From contig OZ076415.1 of the NCBI GenBank assembly GCA_964187785.1, positions 28,458,001 to 28,522,000 of the forward strand: a stretch of 64,000 nucleotides of DNA, in the 5' to 3' direction. Source of the stretch: Amphiscolops sp. MND2022. Lineage: Eukaryota. A model generated the notes under the pieces. The model ran no database searches and was not told the DNA's origin. It worked only from the letters and a program-made list of their open reading frames with translations. Shown here one piece after another: positions 37,701-50,245 of the stretch. How positions within the stretch are numbered: position 1 is the stretch's first letter; the number at the start of each line of letters is the position of its first letter. The position numbers were made by a program, and so were the translations under genes.

Positions 37701-38860
37701 TTTCCATACATATTATCGATCGCTATTTTCCCCGGAACTTCGTTTCATTCTTTTTCAAGTCTTGATTCGAATAAGTGATTTTCTGGATTTCGGTTTGTCT
37801 CATTATTCGTTCATCTGATGGCATTTTTGGTACGGGTCAACTGGTATCTATTACGAATTCTTTCTCATTTCATTCACTTGGGTTGTTGCGTTGCAATGTT
37901 TCCGTCTGCTTTCAATCGTCCTACTTTCATTTAAATTGTTCATGCTTCCGCCTGATTCGCTCATTGCTTCGTCTTGTTCGTATGTTTCTCCTTCGATAAG
38001 TTTTCTCCATTTTATTCGTTCTTTGTTTACTTGCTGTTGCGTAGTGACCTTTCTTTCCGCAGTTGTTGCAGATTAATTCTAAAGCGGGACATTTATGTAT
38101 TGGACTCCAATTTGGTGTATTACAAAATATACATGGCCGGCTTCCTATGAATTTTTTTTCGGCCTCGTATCATTTTTTTCCAATCTTTGTGTTACTTCTT
38201 CCTTCATCGTTTGTCTTTCATTTGTCGTAATTATTGCCACCTGTATCGTATCCGTTTTGTTATTTTTTACGTAAATTTTGTGTTTGAATAATTCAATAAA
38301 CTTTTTTATTTGCAGAGTTTTTTCGTCAGTTTGTCCCGTAATGTTTGGTCGGTAATTGCTGTCATTTCTTCTGACATTAATAATTCTTCGGCTGATTTCG
38401 TGTTGAATTTACTTTTTTTCCCAATCTCGATTTATCGTCTTCTAAATTCTTCTGGTGATTCTTCTTTTTTCGTCCAAAGGAAGCCTCTTCTGCTGTGGTA
38501 AGTATTCCGCTCCAGTAAGTAATATTCGGTGAAAAACCAGAATAGGTTTTTCGTTTTATAATATCGGGTTCTGTTTTATACTTGGCTCTGGTTGTTTGGT
38601 AGAGTTTTTTGGGTACCACTTCCCAGATAAAATCAACTTGTCTTTGTTGTTCTTTTCTAATCCATCCCGTTTCTGTTTATTCTTCTCCTTCTATTAATAG
38701 TGCAATATCTATTTTTTGTTCATTTTTCGTGAATTGCCGAAATCTTTCCCGTCATTGTTTCGGTGGTAAAACCGGATTCCCGTCCGTGGCTTTTGCTTAT
38801 AAGTTCGGTACAATGTTTCTTTTTGTCATTGTTTTCTTTGGGAAGTGTCATTTAAAATTT

Positions 38861-38873
38861 AATGACTGCGCCA
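38861..38873 (-). promoter_or_regulatory. Primer-binding site (TGGCGCAGTCATT)
   Basis: TGG directly abuts the LTR terminal CA on minus. Confidence 0.75.
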
Positions 38874-39056
38874 TGTTGTATTCTCACAAAACAAAATATG
38901 CGCTAGAACTTGTATTAATTCTTGGTATCTAAAAGGTAACTAAACACAAAATGATATAAAGTTTTATATTTTAGTCTCTTTTGTTGGTACACACAAACAG
39001 ATCGTGTCTGACCGAGACTCGGTTTAGGACTTTTTGATCGAATGAACCGTATGACA
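38874..39056 (-). repeat. 5' LTR of the Gypsy element
   Basis: TGTCA...CAACA on minus, followed by the PBS; paralogous to 25660-25848. Confidence 0.85.
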
Positions 39057-39650
39057 ATCAGTAGCTCCAGTTAACTCCTTATTAGGGATAAATTTCACTT
39101 TCATTCGGGCCAGTTTGAAAGACTCAAAGTTTTCTTTCAAAAAGTTAGATGCTGGGGCAGGGGACAAAAAATGTTTGTTTACAACTGTTACAGATGGAAT
39201 GATCCATTACAACTAAATTTTGAAACGTGGCATATTCGAAAGCTACTATTAAAAATATGTATTGCAATAAACTGTTCTCAAGCCAATGATCTAAATCATA
39301 CTAATCATTTTTACTCTCTAAGATGCTTGCTTCTTACTGAAGCATTTTTTTTCGATCACGCTAACATACACCTGTGCGAAATTCATTTTTGCGAATCAGA
39401 ACAAAATGGGAGTTGAGCTGAACAAATTTTAGAAAAAATACTCTTCAATATTGAAAAAGGAGATTTTTTTTTAAATTACGTGAAATGTTTCATTGAAAAC
39501 TCAATTGAGAGCAAATTACTTGCTAAAACAATATCATCCAGAAACGTGTGTGCAAAAAGAAAAAGTTCCGAAGTTTCTTTTCCTAGTTGGTTCTTGATTA
39601 TCATTATGCCCACAACAGAACTTTCGTCGACAAGTATATCGGAAAGGGCT

Positions 39651-41492
39651 ATGGCAACTTTCGTGTGTTTCATTCTTATATCTGTTATTTGTGGTGGCGC
39701 ATTCACATCAGTTGAAGATCAAAACCTTGAAGAAAAATCTGACCCTGGTGAAGACACTTCACATTTGAATTCGTTAGTTGAAGATCGAGAGCTCGAGCAA
39801 GATCATGACCATCGAGTTGACCCCGATCTTTCAGCTGCAACAGATGATGATCTGGAAGAAAAAAGACAATCAGATGGACATGGGCTTCCTTCGTTAAGAA
39901 GTTGTGGACAGAACGACGAAACTTGCAAAAGGGATACTGCGCAACGAGTCCCCTGTTCCCATTTGCCAGGTGGGCTCAGACGCCTAACCCTTGGTGTACA
40001 TATTGCCAACTTGACCTTGAGGCCCCTGGATTACATTGCACCCGATGGGTATGCCTTGCCGGTTATAAGGTTGAATTGTCGCAAGGACAGGACATGGACC
40101 AACCAACAGAATTCGGTAGCCTATTTAAAACCTGAAGAAGTCAGCAACATTCATAACATCAATGCAGGCAACTTACAAGCCTCAAGCGAAGTTTTTAAAT
40201 CGTCATGGGATGTGAAAGATTCCATTGAAGCGCACATTGAAGTAAGTGGAATCTACAAAAAGGTGGGAGGCTCTTTGGGTGCAACCTTTCAACGTATGTC
40301 CCAGGAAATCCGCCAGAACGAACGGAAAATCACAGACGTTTCAGCATTCACGGCAGCAATGGAAGTTCAATTCAGGGATTTTGGTTTGACTTTGGACGCG
40401 CATGCGCAGAAATATCTGGACAGATTACCCGATGACATCACGAAGGACCGCGAGGGGTACGCTAAGTTTGTGGATCTTTTTGGCACTCACCACTTCAGGG
40501 TCGGAAAACTTGGTGGCATTTTGAAAAGTACAACTACAACAGATATGAGTAAAGTGACAGACATTTCGGAATTCGATATATCTGCTGAAGCATCATCCAA
40601 TTTCGTAATAAAAATAATTACCGTAGGTTTGGCAGGAGGAATTGGATATGACAAAAGACAATTGACTTCAAATTTTTCGACTACTTCATCAACCAAAATC
40701 AGGTTCTACGGAGGAAATACAAACTTGTTAGAAAAAGATGGAATCAAGAAGTGGCAACCAACTGTCTACGACGAACCATGGGTCTATTGGGGAAGTTTCC
40801 GTGAAATTTATCACTTGTTAGACGAAAATGATAAAAAACGAGAAGCACTCAAGATAGCGGTGGAATCTCGTTTGAATGAAGACTTTAAAAAGCATCTCGT
40901 ACAGACATTCAACGAAGTGTTGACGGTATACCAGAAGCTTAGTATCAGTGTAACTGCTTTGACCAAACTGAAATTAGATTTAGACAAGGAAGTTAACAAG
41001 CAGTTTCCTCTATTCAGTGAACTCTCTAAAATTGAAAAAAAGTTGAGGGCCATTGTGAACCCCCCTAAATGGTGGAAACGAGTAAAGCTTTGCTTCGATG
41101 TAAGGGGTGAATATCCAACTTTCGTATCTCCTCATGTAGGGAACGAGAAAACTCTCTGCGCACAAACAGATTCATTCACCGAGAAATACTGGACCCAGGT
41201 GTACAGTTCAAGTTACGTATCTGAAATGAAATGGGGAATCATGACAAATGGTTACTACGATTCCTATTTCAATCGGGTCGAATGGTGTGTGCGTTATCTA
41301 CCAATTTATGGTTACTTTTGCGACGAAGATTTCTACTTGAAGTTTTTTGACGAAGAATGCGCACCCGTAAATACTTACACCCCACTTTTATTTTATGCAA
41401 TGCGAGCTGATAAAAACGGATGCAAGTTCGTTTTTCGTTCTCACTGTCGCAAAAGCTATTTACACTTTTCTAAAGAACAAGACATAGACTAG
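39651..41492 (+). CDS. Secreted MACPF-domain pore-forming protein, perivitellin-2 67-kDa subunit-like; single exon, ~613 aa
   Basis: Signal peptide MATFVCFILISVICGGAFTS; acidic pro-region ending EEKR; N-terminal CSHLPGGLRRLTLGVHIANL...DGYALPVIRLNC; MACPF signature FGTHHFRVGKLGG; Cys/aromatic C-terminal domain; no stops. Confidence 0.88.
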   Translation: MATFVCFILISVICGGAFTSVEDQNLEEKSDPGEDTSHLNSLVEDRELEQDHDHRVDPDLSAATDDDLEEKRQSDGHGLPSLRSCGQNDETCKRDTAQRVPCSHLPGGLRRLTLGVHIANLTLRPLDYIAPDGYALPVIRLNCRKDRTWTNQQNSVAYLKPEEVSNIHNINAGNLQASSEVFKSSWDVKDSIEAHIEVSGIYKKVGGSLGATFQRMSQEIRQNERKITDVSAFTAAMEVQFRDFGLTLDAHAQKYLDRLPDDITKDREGYAKFVDLFGTHHFRVGKLGGILKSTTTTDMSKVTDISEFDISAEASSNFVIKIITVGLAGGIGYDKRQLTSNFSTTSSTKIRFYGGNTNLLEKDGIKKWQPTVYDEPWVYWGSFREIYHLLDENDKKREALKIAVESRLNEDFKKHLVQTFNEVLTVYQKLSISVTALTKLKLDLDKEVNKQFPLFSELSKIEKKLRAIVNPPKWWKRVKLCFDVRGEYPTFVSPHVGNEKTLCAQTDSFTEKYWTQVYSSSYVSEMKWGIMTNGYYDSYFNRVEWCVRYLPIYGYFCDEDFYLKFFDEECAPVNTYTPLLFYAMRADKNGCKFVFRSHCRKSYLHFSKEQDID

Positions 41493-41696
41493 TTTTGTTC
41501 TCCAATTTTTTGAAACTTCATTTTTGAAAGATAACCCAGTTGAGTACTCTTGCAGTTGTCATTATACGCTGACAAATCAAAACCCAGAGTCTTTTTGATG
41601 TTTGCTTTCGGATGCTGCAAGTGTTTTCGAGTTGGCCCTATCCATAACCAAAAGTCCCTAAAGACTTCTTTAATTCTCGGTAACTGAAGTCCGCTT

Positions 41697-42035
41697 GTAA
41701 AGAAAACAATAAAGGTGACGGTATTTATTGGAATTTTTTGTCGGTAGCAAACGGATCAACAATGGTCTAGAAATAAATATGTGTTTAAATAAATACAACT
41801 GACAAATGAACATAAATAAAACATGATTAGCAAGAATTAGTAAACAACACTTTGGAAATGAATTCCAGACGTTTTGGAGATTTTCAAAAAACGTGAAATA
41901 ATTCCGACTTGTGAGAATCGAACCGGCGACCTTCAGACTCCGAGTCCAACGCTCTATGGGCTGTGCTAAAGCGGCTAGGAATCAATCGGTTTCTATTTAT
42001 TTTTATTCTTATAGCAAAGTTATTGTTTGTCAATA
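41697..42035 (-). repeat. 3' LTR of BEL element 2 (distal boundary approximate)
   Basis: Starts TATTG (mutated TGTTG) after the PPT-like CCGCCAAGAGAG; contains the tRNA-like module. Confidence 0.6.
41903..41975 (-). ncRNA. tRNA-derived module in the BEL-2 LTR, best-preserved cloverleaf
   Basis: GCCGCTTTAGCACAGCCCATAGAGCGTTGGA-CTCGGAG-TCTGAAGGTCGCCGGTTCGATTCTCACAAGTCGGA; CCG(-)CTT/AAGTCGG can form an acceptor stem. Confidence 0.72.
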
Positions 42036-45000
42036 CTCTCTTGGCGGAAAATGAAAGAATAGATTTGTCGAGATTTTTTTCTTTTTTTTTCAGGTTATTT
42101 CACGAAACAAAAATTTTGTCATACATGTTAACACATGAAACAGAAATAAAGGAAGGTAAAGAAACAAAACGTTATCGATTCGAGAATGTGAAGGACGAAA
42201 GCGAGTTTGACTACTGGGAGAACACGATGCAGTTCTGAGTTCAACGAACATGTCAATGGCATCTGTGTCGAACTGAAGCTTTACAACACGAGCTAGTGGA
42301 TAGTGTCCTCTAGGTGAGGTTGGTTCAACAATCCACACAAAATCGCCGGTCCTAAGATAGCTGTTTGAGCTCGAAGATCACTTCGAACGGCGGCAGTTCA
42401 TCGTGGGAACGTATTCTCGTAACCACCTGTTTCATATGGTGTCGGACTAGGCTTGCATTCGAGCGTAACGCTTGAAATGGTGGACGTCTGCTTGCTGATA
42501 CGAATGCAGTACTGAACCCGAAGTTCTAATTAGAAAATGATTAGGAGATAAAGCGTCCAAGCTGGTTGCATCTGCTCCAGCGGCAACTTTGCTCGCAAGG
42601 CAGAACACGGTTCCAATAATTTCATCAGTTAGAGGTCTATTTCTGATGACAACGTAGTAATGTCAGTGCTTGAAACTAAGTACTAAACGTTCTCGAACAC
42701 AACCAAGGTGCGGAGCACTGGGTGGATTGATGTTCCATTTGATTCAGTTAGGACTTGTTGCTTCCAGTTCCGCTTGCTCTGCAACAGTTCTTCGTCACTC
42801 ACTATTAAGTTGGCGCCGTTTTCTGAAGGGAGAACTTGAAAGTGTCTCGTCGGGCAATGGTTTGTTCGATTCACACAACTGCTAGCATCCATTGATGCTA
42901 CAACTTCGAAATTTGATGGCACAAATCCGAGTAGCTAGGGACGTGGAAAGTAATCCCCATCACTTCTCAGCAGAACGTTTCAGGGACAATAAGAAAGGAG
43001 CAAGAAGTCGATTCCAGTGTTGCAAAATCAAAAATCAGTGTTTGCGAGTTTCTCCCCTCGAAGATCGGACATCATGGTAGTTAGGGTCTCAGCTTTGCGC
43101 TGGATACATATAGGATATAGGATGTTATACATATGGATACAAATGACCTCAATGTTGATCTCAACTTGACAATTGCGAACTTGTGTTGGATCAAATTCGT
43201 CAAGTAATCAAAACCCTAGTGGCATTGTTTATCATAGAAGTTTTGCAGGAACAATAGGAGTAGTGGATGAAAACTGTCCTCTATCGAGTTCAGCTGGATC
43301 TGTAATGTAAATGTTGACGGTAAGCTTGGATTTGTCTTTTTAAAGAAGACGCAACAAATAAGACACAATGTGCAGAAGTTTCATGCATGAGCTCTACTTC
43401 TCTCATACGAAAGTTGCTACATCTGCGGTTACGTTTGCAGTGAGTGTATGACACTGATTTTCTTTGGTTTTGAAAATTTCAGTACAATCAGCGCCTTTGT
43501 TGATGTTTACCTTATGACGAATTTCTTCGGACGGATTGTAGGGGAAGTCTGGTTTTCCCAAACGATCCGGTCCGATCAACTGGTTCATAAGGGCAGTTGA
43601 TGATAACCCCCAGAAGCCGATTGTGAGCTGAGTGTAGTGCCACTCATCAACAGTAGTAATTTCAAGAACTTCGCCGACTTGGTTCGCAACAAATGCGGCT
43701 GCTTTTCGAAGGAATGTAACCACTTATACATAGTTGAACTGTCGCTCCATAAGAAAGTTCTGTCTGTCCTCAATGCAATGACAGTGCACGGTGACCCTCG
43801 TCTTGCCTTCGCTTTGGAAGTAGTGCAACTGGTAGCTCCAATTTGGATAGTTAGTGCATTCGAGAGCAGCCTTTAATTTTCTAAAAAAACGGAAGCCAGC
43901 TGCGTCAAACCACCGTGATCGCTAACTAGTCATCCACGCAAGAAAAGGACTGCTTTGAAAGCATCTTGTGAGCCGTAACCAAACAAGTGTAGCTCAATCG
44001 TTTCAACAGTTTGACAGAAGTGTTTTCCTTGGTATGTTAGTTTCAATCAAGGTTCTCAGCTCCTTTGTCCATTGCGTGAACATTGTTACAATTTGGTCTG
44101 ATAATTACTCGTCCCACTGCTGGCCTGTAAGTCTCCAATGATTTTTGAAAGCAAGCGCGCTTTGATCGTAAATGACGCAACGAGACAGTAAAACCCTTTG
44201 AAACACATTTGCGTCGGTGTTTGGACTTGTTCTTCTTCCTACAACAAAGGCATCAGTTGAGTGGTTCCATTTTAGTCCAAGAACGTTTGAGAGATTTTCT
44301 GCAGTAGGAATCTCTTTCGTTTCCGTAGTCTGGTTCTCGCTGTTCGGTTTTACTTCGACGGAGATGTTTGGTTTAGTTAGTTGTTCAAGTAATCGTCCAT
44401 ACATAAATTGTTGTGAACGCTCTGAGCTGCATCTGGAAGTATCTTCGCGCTCTTGAGTCAGTTGCGGAACGAAATTCGACGTGTTTCTACTCCTCGTTCG
44501 TGTCTATAGCGTACCATCTTCGGAATCAGTCGAAGATTGTACAATCGTTCCTTTTTTTGTAAGTCTCGAATCATGTCGAAAACAGGCCGGTGGTTGACGG
44601 AAGGCGTCCACTCAGTACCCAACCCAACGGTAAAGGGACGGCAATCAGGGTTTTTCGGCTGTCTGAATAGGAATATTCCATTGCGCGGATAGAATGGAAA
44701 ACATCCTGACCCACGATCATTCTGACACCTGAGTAACTGTAATTTCCGAGAGCGATTGGTTCTCGGTGTAGATAGCGAGCCTTCAAGTCATCCACGTCTA
44801 ATATTATGCTTACTACATTAGTTAGTTGATCTCGCACATTAATCTTGATAGTAACGGAGGTAGCGAATGAGCTGTTGTCAACTTGACTCCGACCATTTTA
44901 GTTTCAACAACTTTATCCGAAAAAGATTTTACGCTGGGTCGCATAAAACCAAGACCCTGTTGAAGTTCTCTTTAGTTTGCAGTTCCAATTCAGTGGATTG

Positions 45001-46749
45001 TAATGATCGTTTCACATTGGACACAGGTTGCAGACATGAGGTGACTTCACCTGTTTTTTGGTTCTCTGTCATTATATTGCAATTTTACGACGCCAATCGG
45101 GGAAGATTTGATTTTTCAAGAATTGACAGAAGTTGGTGTTCTCACCTACCAAAATGTGTTTTCAAGAATTGACAAACGTTGTGCACTTCAAAGAAAATGG
45201 CAGTGCCGCCAAAATGATTGTAGAAATCTCACACACTAATATTAGCAGTGCAAAAGTGAAATTTTCAAGAAATGAGAAAATTGATTTGTGGATTCTTCAC
45301 AATAATGACAATCTATGCTGCACTTGTAACAATATTGGTGTGAGGGTTCGTCGCATTTTGTCATTTCCTGTACTTTTTTCTCATTTCTTGAAAACTTTTC
45401 TGATTTCTTGAACACTTTTCTAAATTCTTGAACACATACCTGGATTCTTCAAACACTAATGATAAATAATTCTAATTTCTTTCTGGATTCTACAAAAAGT
45501 TAACTAAACTTTTTTAACAATAACTCTAAATAAAATCGACGCAGAATCGACAGACTGATACACACAGTGACTGATTGGAACAAGAATCAATGATGATTCT
45601 GTCCATAAGTGTTCTATTTGAATTCATTTCCTAAAAATTCTCTCTGTTCTTCAGATATCTCCAAACGACTCTTCACGAGCAAAGCAACGACTCCATGAGT
45701 GTATTAGCGACAGCTAGTTCGTTCTTTAAATGGCTGACCACGAGTGAATATGATCAACACGTAGACTTCAGACATAGTTTCACGTTCCAATGACAATTAT
45801 TTTTGTCTAGAATTGTGCTATTTGAAATCAAACATTTTATATCCAAAGTTGATTCGTTCATAGAATAAATTTTATTTTATTTCAATTTTTTTTAATTTAG
45901 ATTTTTGTCATTAGTTGTAAGACTCCCTGAGTGTATGACTCCATGAGTGTATGAACAACAGGTGAGCAATACATTTATGATTAAATTGTAACAACCCCGG
46001 GTGTGTATTCCTAAATAACTATAAATGATTCAGAAACAATGCAAATAAATCTAAGAGTGAACAGTTGCAGTTTTTGATTCTAAATCATTTGACTCTGACT
46101 GTGGAGAGCCAACTCGGAACGACTGGACTTTTTTTGTACTACTAGCATTTCTGAATTAGCAAAATAACGACTCCATGAGTGTAAAAACAGATGCTAAAGA
46201 ACATTTTGCCGGTGCATATCGAAAGAAAACACGGGTATTGACAAACACGTTAGTTCATGCGTGTCGTTGATGCTTAAAACTAATAACAATGGTTATTTAA
46301 CAAATTTAATAACAATGGACAGTTCATGGTTCATGTGTGTCATTGACAGTCAATATTTAAAAAAGAGTAGGTATCAAAATCAAATGAATAAGTTTCAATG
46401 TAAAATGTTTGCCCAGACATCTTCGTTATAAATTGTCCACTACTGAGTTTTGTCGAACGATGTCCCTGTACGTATTGAACCCTCCGCCAATCAATGTGAT
46501 ACAGCACTTGATGCACGACACGGCAAATGTTTTTTTTTTGATCAGAAACCGCATCGTTTTGATGTATTTGTAACTGTGACTGTATTTGCCAGCCTTTCGG
46601 TGCCACAACTTCCCCAACACTGAATCCCATGATTCATGCCACCCCTTTTCACCTGAGGGGATTGAGATATTGAATGTCAAATCTCTGTTATTCTCAATTC
46701 CGAGTGGAGAGTTCATCAGCCAAACACAAGATCCTTGCATATCCAGACC

Positions 46750-47153
46750 GCGACGATAGGGCCAGTCCCACAGCGTTCCTCACCGCTGCAAATAAAGAAC
46801 ACACCTTACTGATTGGATGTTCGACGCTGCCAACCAAGTTTGCATTGCTTTTGTGGCTCAAGGAGTTTCCTTCAAAGAACACAATTTTGCTCGAGGGCAT
46901 TGTGATGGAAATGTTCTCAAAATGTTCCGACACCATTGTCACGAGAACAAGTGGTTGCTCTTTTTTCCATACGAGCTTCAGGCTGCGAATGATGGATGGT
47001 TCCCCACAGTGATCCATCACTTTCCCACCTTCATGCCAAATCCCATTCACACGTGGGAAATGATGAGTGGAACTGGAACATCATTGAAAGTTGAAGATTT
47101 TGTCATCAAGTGGAAAACCAATGGTCAGACAAGACACAAGATTTACATCGAGG
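46750..47153 (+). CDS. Unassigned probable coding exon inside the giant element
   Basis: Open frame WMFDAANQVCIAFVAQG...KWKTNGQTRHKIYIE ending at a GAG|GTATG donor. No motif recognised. Confidence 0.3.
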
Positions 47154-47849
47154 TATGTCTTTAAACTCGACACTTTCAATTTCAACTTCTACATTAACAT
47201 CTTAACAACCTATTTCAAATTCTATAGAAACATTTTAACAACCCCAGGAATATCCAAATGTTCTAAGCAGCATTTCTGTACCGAAACCATAACGACTCCA
47301 GGAGCATGTAAATTCGTAGAATATTTCTAAACTAACACCCTAACTACTCCGGGAGCATACTTTTTTAAAATACATTCTTGTGTTAGGCACACATCATGAA
47401 ACTGATTTTGCTGAGTGGTGGCAAAATTTTACCATGGACAAACGCTTGAAGGGAAATCATAACTAAATTGATGGGCGTAGATCTGTTTCCCACTGGAAAC
47501 CAAGTGGTCAAACCAACAACGCTGAGACAAGGTGTACACAGAACAATTGGTACACCGACTGGAACCGATGAGTCACTTGAACCCGTGAACAATCATTCCA
47601 CAATGCAGACAAATCCACCAAAGCCCGAAAACAATCAGTCTACAACTTACGTAGTTCCCCGAGGGAAAAGAGTAATTAAGACTCCAAAAATCTCCAATCA
47701 CCTATTGGAAGTTCGTTTTGCGTCATGCAAAAAGAAACAACGTCGACTCTGAAGCTCTACTAGACGTCATCCTTCACTTTTCCAGAACAAAACAGCCAGA
47801 GTACTTAAAATCAGTCATTTAAAAAATCTTCCCTAACTTTCAGTCGCGA

Positions 47850-49680
47850 GAAACAATAATCTCCAATGTTGCGGTTTCCCTCAAGTCAGGCAAAGTAGAA
47901 GACTTGTTATTTCCTCAATCTTCGAATTTGAAAATCAATAAGTTAAGAAAAATCCAAAATCTCGTACCATCATACCGTGCCGTCCAAAGATACCAGAGTC
48001 AGATCATGGAAAACTTTATCTCGGTGTGTAAGCCTGAAGCCACCTTTTCTGGATTCCGTTGTGATCTGGTGTCATGTGTCAAACTTGCTGCGTGGATTTT
48101 TTTACAAGAGAGACGAAATATCTGAGCTCAATATAGGATGGTTGTGAAATTAGCGGTGTTGATCACACAAGGCTGTGTTTCAGAATTTTGAAAACTTCTC
48201 TCATAAAATACCAGCGCAATCACTAATTATAATATTTTGTTTCAGTGGTAAGTTGTAGTTATTTTTACTGATTCTGTAAATTCCAATTGCCACTTAGTAA
48301 GGTAATTTCATTACTGGGAAGAATCCACAAAAATAAACGAACTTTAAATTCGTGGACCACTACTTTCAGTTTGCACTCTCGCATGTTTAATTATTCAATT
48401 ATACATTCTTCACACCTTGTATAGTAATTAGTCTTTCGATTATACTGCTTAATTTACCGTGGTATACCAAATCTAAAACAAACAAAGGGTGTCAAATGTC
48501 AATCGAAACATCAAATGTAATTTTTGTTATGATATGTTAAGCATTCCGAGGCAAAGACAGCAGATTCGTACTGGAGCAAAATTTGGGACCAGAGATAGCT
48601 GGGAAACAAGGACGGGGTGGCTGTACAAGCAAACTAAAGAGTTGAGTACACAAGGGGCGGTGGTCACCTATACTGGTACAATCCTTTTCTGTACCGTCTC
48701 ATATTGGCTATAGACAGCGATGCAGCGAACCAATACCCATCAGACTTGGCGCTGTATGTGGGATCTGAAAAGTATCTTCCAACAGATGTGGATGATTATA
48801 CTGGTATGCGTCACAATCTGAAAGCTCCGTTCAGAAAAGAAACTACACAAAACTCCCTTGTGTACCTTGAGGATATAAGATGTGTCATGCCAGATGTAAC
48901 GCACATGATCACAAGGTGCGAAGAGAGTGATCTCCGCAAAGCTGCACAGAAAATAGTGAACAAAAAACCAGTGTACAAAGTGCCCCTGCAGCAGTTGGAA
49001 AAAAACTGTACTCGAAAAGCATTGAGAAAGCCGAAATTTCAGTTTGACTTGCACATGAAAGGATCTGAAGTGAAAAAAGGAATCGTTGGACCAGTATCGC
49101 TATCCGGGACATCAGCGCTAATAGCTATCGCTGAAGAAGAAGAATTTGAACAAAATGTTCCGAATCTTTTTGAAAATGTGTGGAAAACGCAATCCTTTTT
49201 GAGACGAGAGACAACACAAACAAAGAAAATGCGCGAGCTGTCAGCAATGCCTTTTCAGTTCTGAAATCCATGCACCCACCCATATCAAAATCAGACAAAT
49301 TCACGACAAACGACTATGTGAATCTCTTGCAGCATAGTTTGAATAAATGCACTATTATTTTGCGGGCATCCAAAAACGGTCTAAACACGGAACAGTTCAA
49401 GTTTTGGTCTGAGTCATATTATCAATCGTCGTTGCTTCTTTTTTCCGGGAAAGACGGACTCACCCCCTACAAAATGAAAATGTTGCTAATCCCACAGATG
49501 ATGGACGCAGGGTTTGTTCGGAGTCCATGGCATCACATGTGTGAAGCGATGGAGAAGTCGAACCATCATGCTCACAAGGACTTCCAAACCAAAACATTAA
49601 GGGCGGAGGAAAATTGTACAGCCATGATCCTTTATTCTAGGAAGGTTTCTTTTTCTACTGCCATTACCTCGACATAGATT
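47850..49680 (+). pseudogene. RAG1/Transib-like DDE transposase, frameshifted
   Basis: Ordered motifs LVPSYRAVQRYQ...SGFRCDL, DGCEISG (first Asp), LAIDSDA (second Asp candidate), CVMPDVTHMITRCE (D..H...R box), GLTPYKMK...CEAMEKSNH (Glu). Confidence 0.62.
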
Positions 49681-49789
49681 CAAAACACAAATAAAACCAG
49701 TGAGCGATACATTTGACAAGCTTCAGAAACAATTCCAGCAGATAACAACCTTATCCGAAATATGCAAAAATGTAGTCAAGCCTGTAATG

Positions 49790-50245
49790 ATAGAAGTAGG
49801 TGCCACTAGAGATTCAAGTAGGCTTCTGAGTGGACTTCGTTTTCACGTGGTTGGGCACTTTACTGGTTTAATTGGAAAAGTTGTGGTGGATATAATTACT
49901 CGTTTGGGGGCGGGGGGAAGGACTGAGTAAAGACAAAGCTCTTGGGCTATGAAAGCGCCATTCCTCAACCCCAAATTGTTTTGTAGCAGTGGAAAATGAC
50001 ACTGAATTGCTCATGGCAACGAAGAGTGAAAACAGCTCATGATCCGGATCAGACAGCGACACGTGTTCATCGAACACTCAACGAAAAATAGCTCCAGCAA
50101 AATAGTGAAAAAGGCAACAAATCAAGGATCAATCAGGGTATGCAAAGAATTTGCCGCCACTGATTTCAAGTTTTTGAGTATAGCATACATTCAAGATGTT
50201 AAAAAAAGGCTGTGTTTTGGACCCTTCCGAATACTTGTTTGTTAA
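49790..50245 (+). pseudogene. BRCT-like domain downstream of the transposase
   Basis: LLSGLRFHVVGHF...VVDIITRLGAGG, then (frameshifted) TPNCFVAV and FKFLSIAYIQD, matching BRCT N- and C-terminal patterns. Confidence 0.48.

Larger units (their letters stand above)
34760..39056 (-). mobile_element. Degraded Ty3/Gypsy LTR retrotransposon; 3' LTR not seen (may lie in the gap)
   Basis: 5' LTR plus PBS TGGCGCAG. RT: KSVKIALDSRKENDSC...PNL. RNaseH: KPTAFDSRHFDVTEKYYSIGELE. Integrase: VERAIQTLKNLI, KAMRFTIHT. Confidence 0.88.
41697..45087 (-). mobile_element. BEL/Pao element 2, 3' part (protease-RT-RNaseH-integrase-3' LTR), decayed
   Basis: Paralogous to element 1: PLPLGWVLSGRLPSTTGLFST, VLGLKWNHSTDAF, MRTDRTFLWSDSSTMYKWLHSFEKQP, RGHYPLARVVKL. 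The left LTR boundary is approximate. Confidence 0.88.

Noticed and set aside
39480-39650. 57-codon N-terminal extension of the MACPF ORF in the ORF track
   Set aside because: The track starts at a non-ATG codon; the ATG at 39651 gives a clean signal peptide.
45184-45200. CACTTCAAAG as a canonical Transib-type CAC terminus
   Set aside because: No matching inverted end was found on the right, and BEL homology stops at 45087, where the CGACGCC TIR begins.
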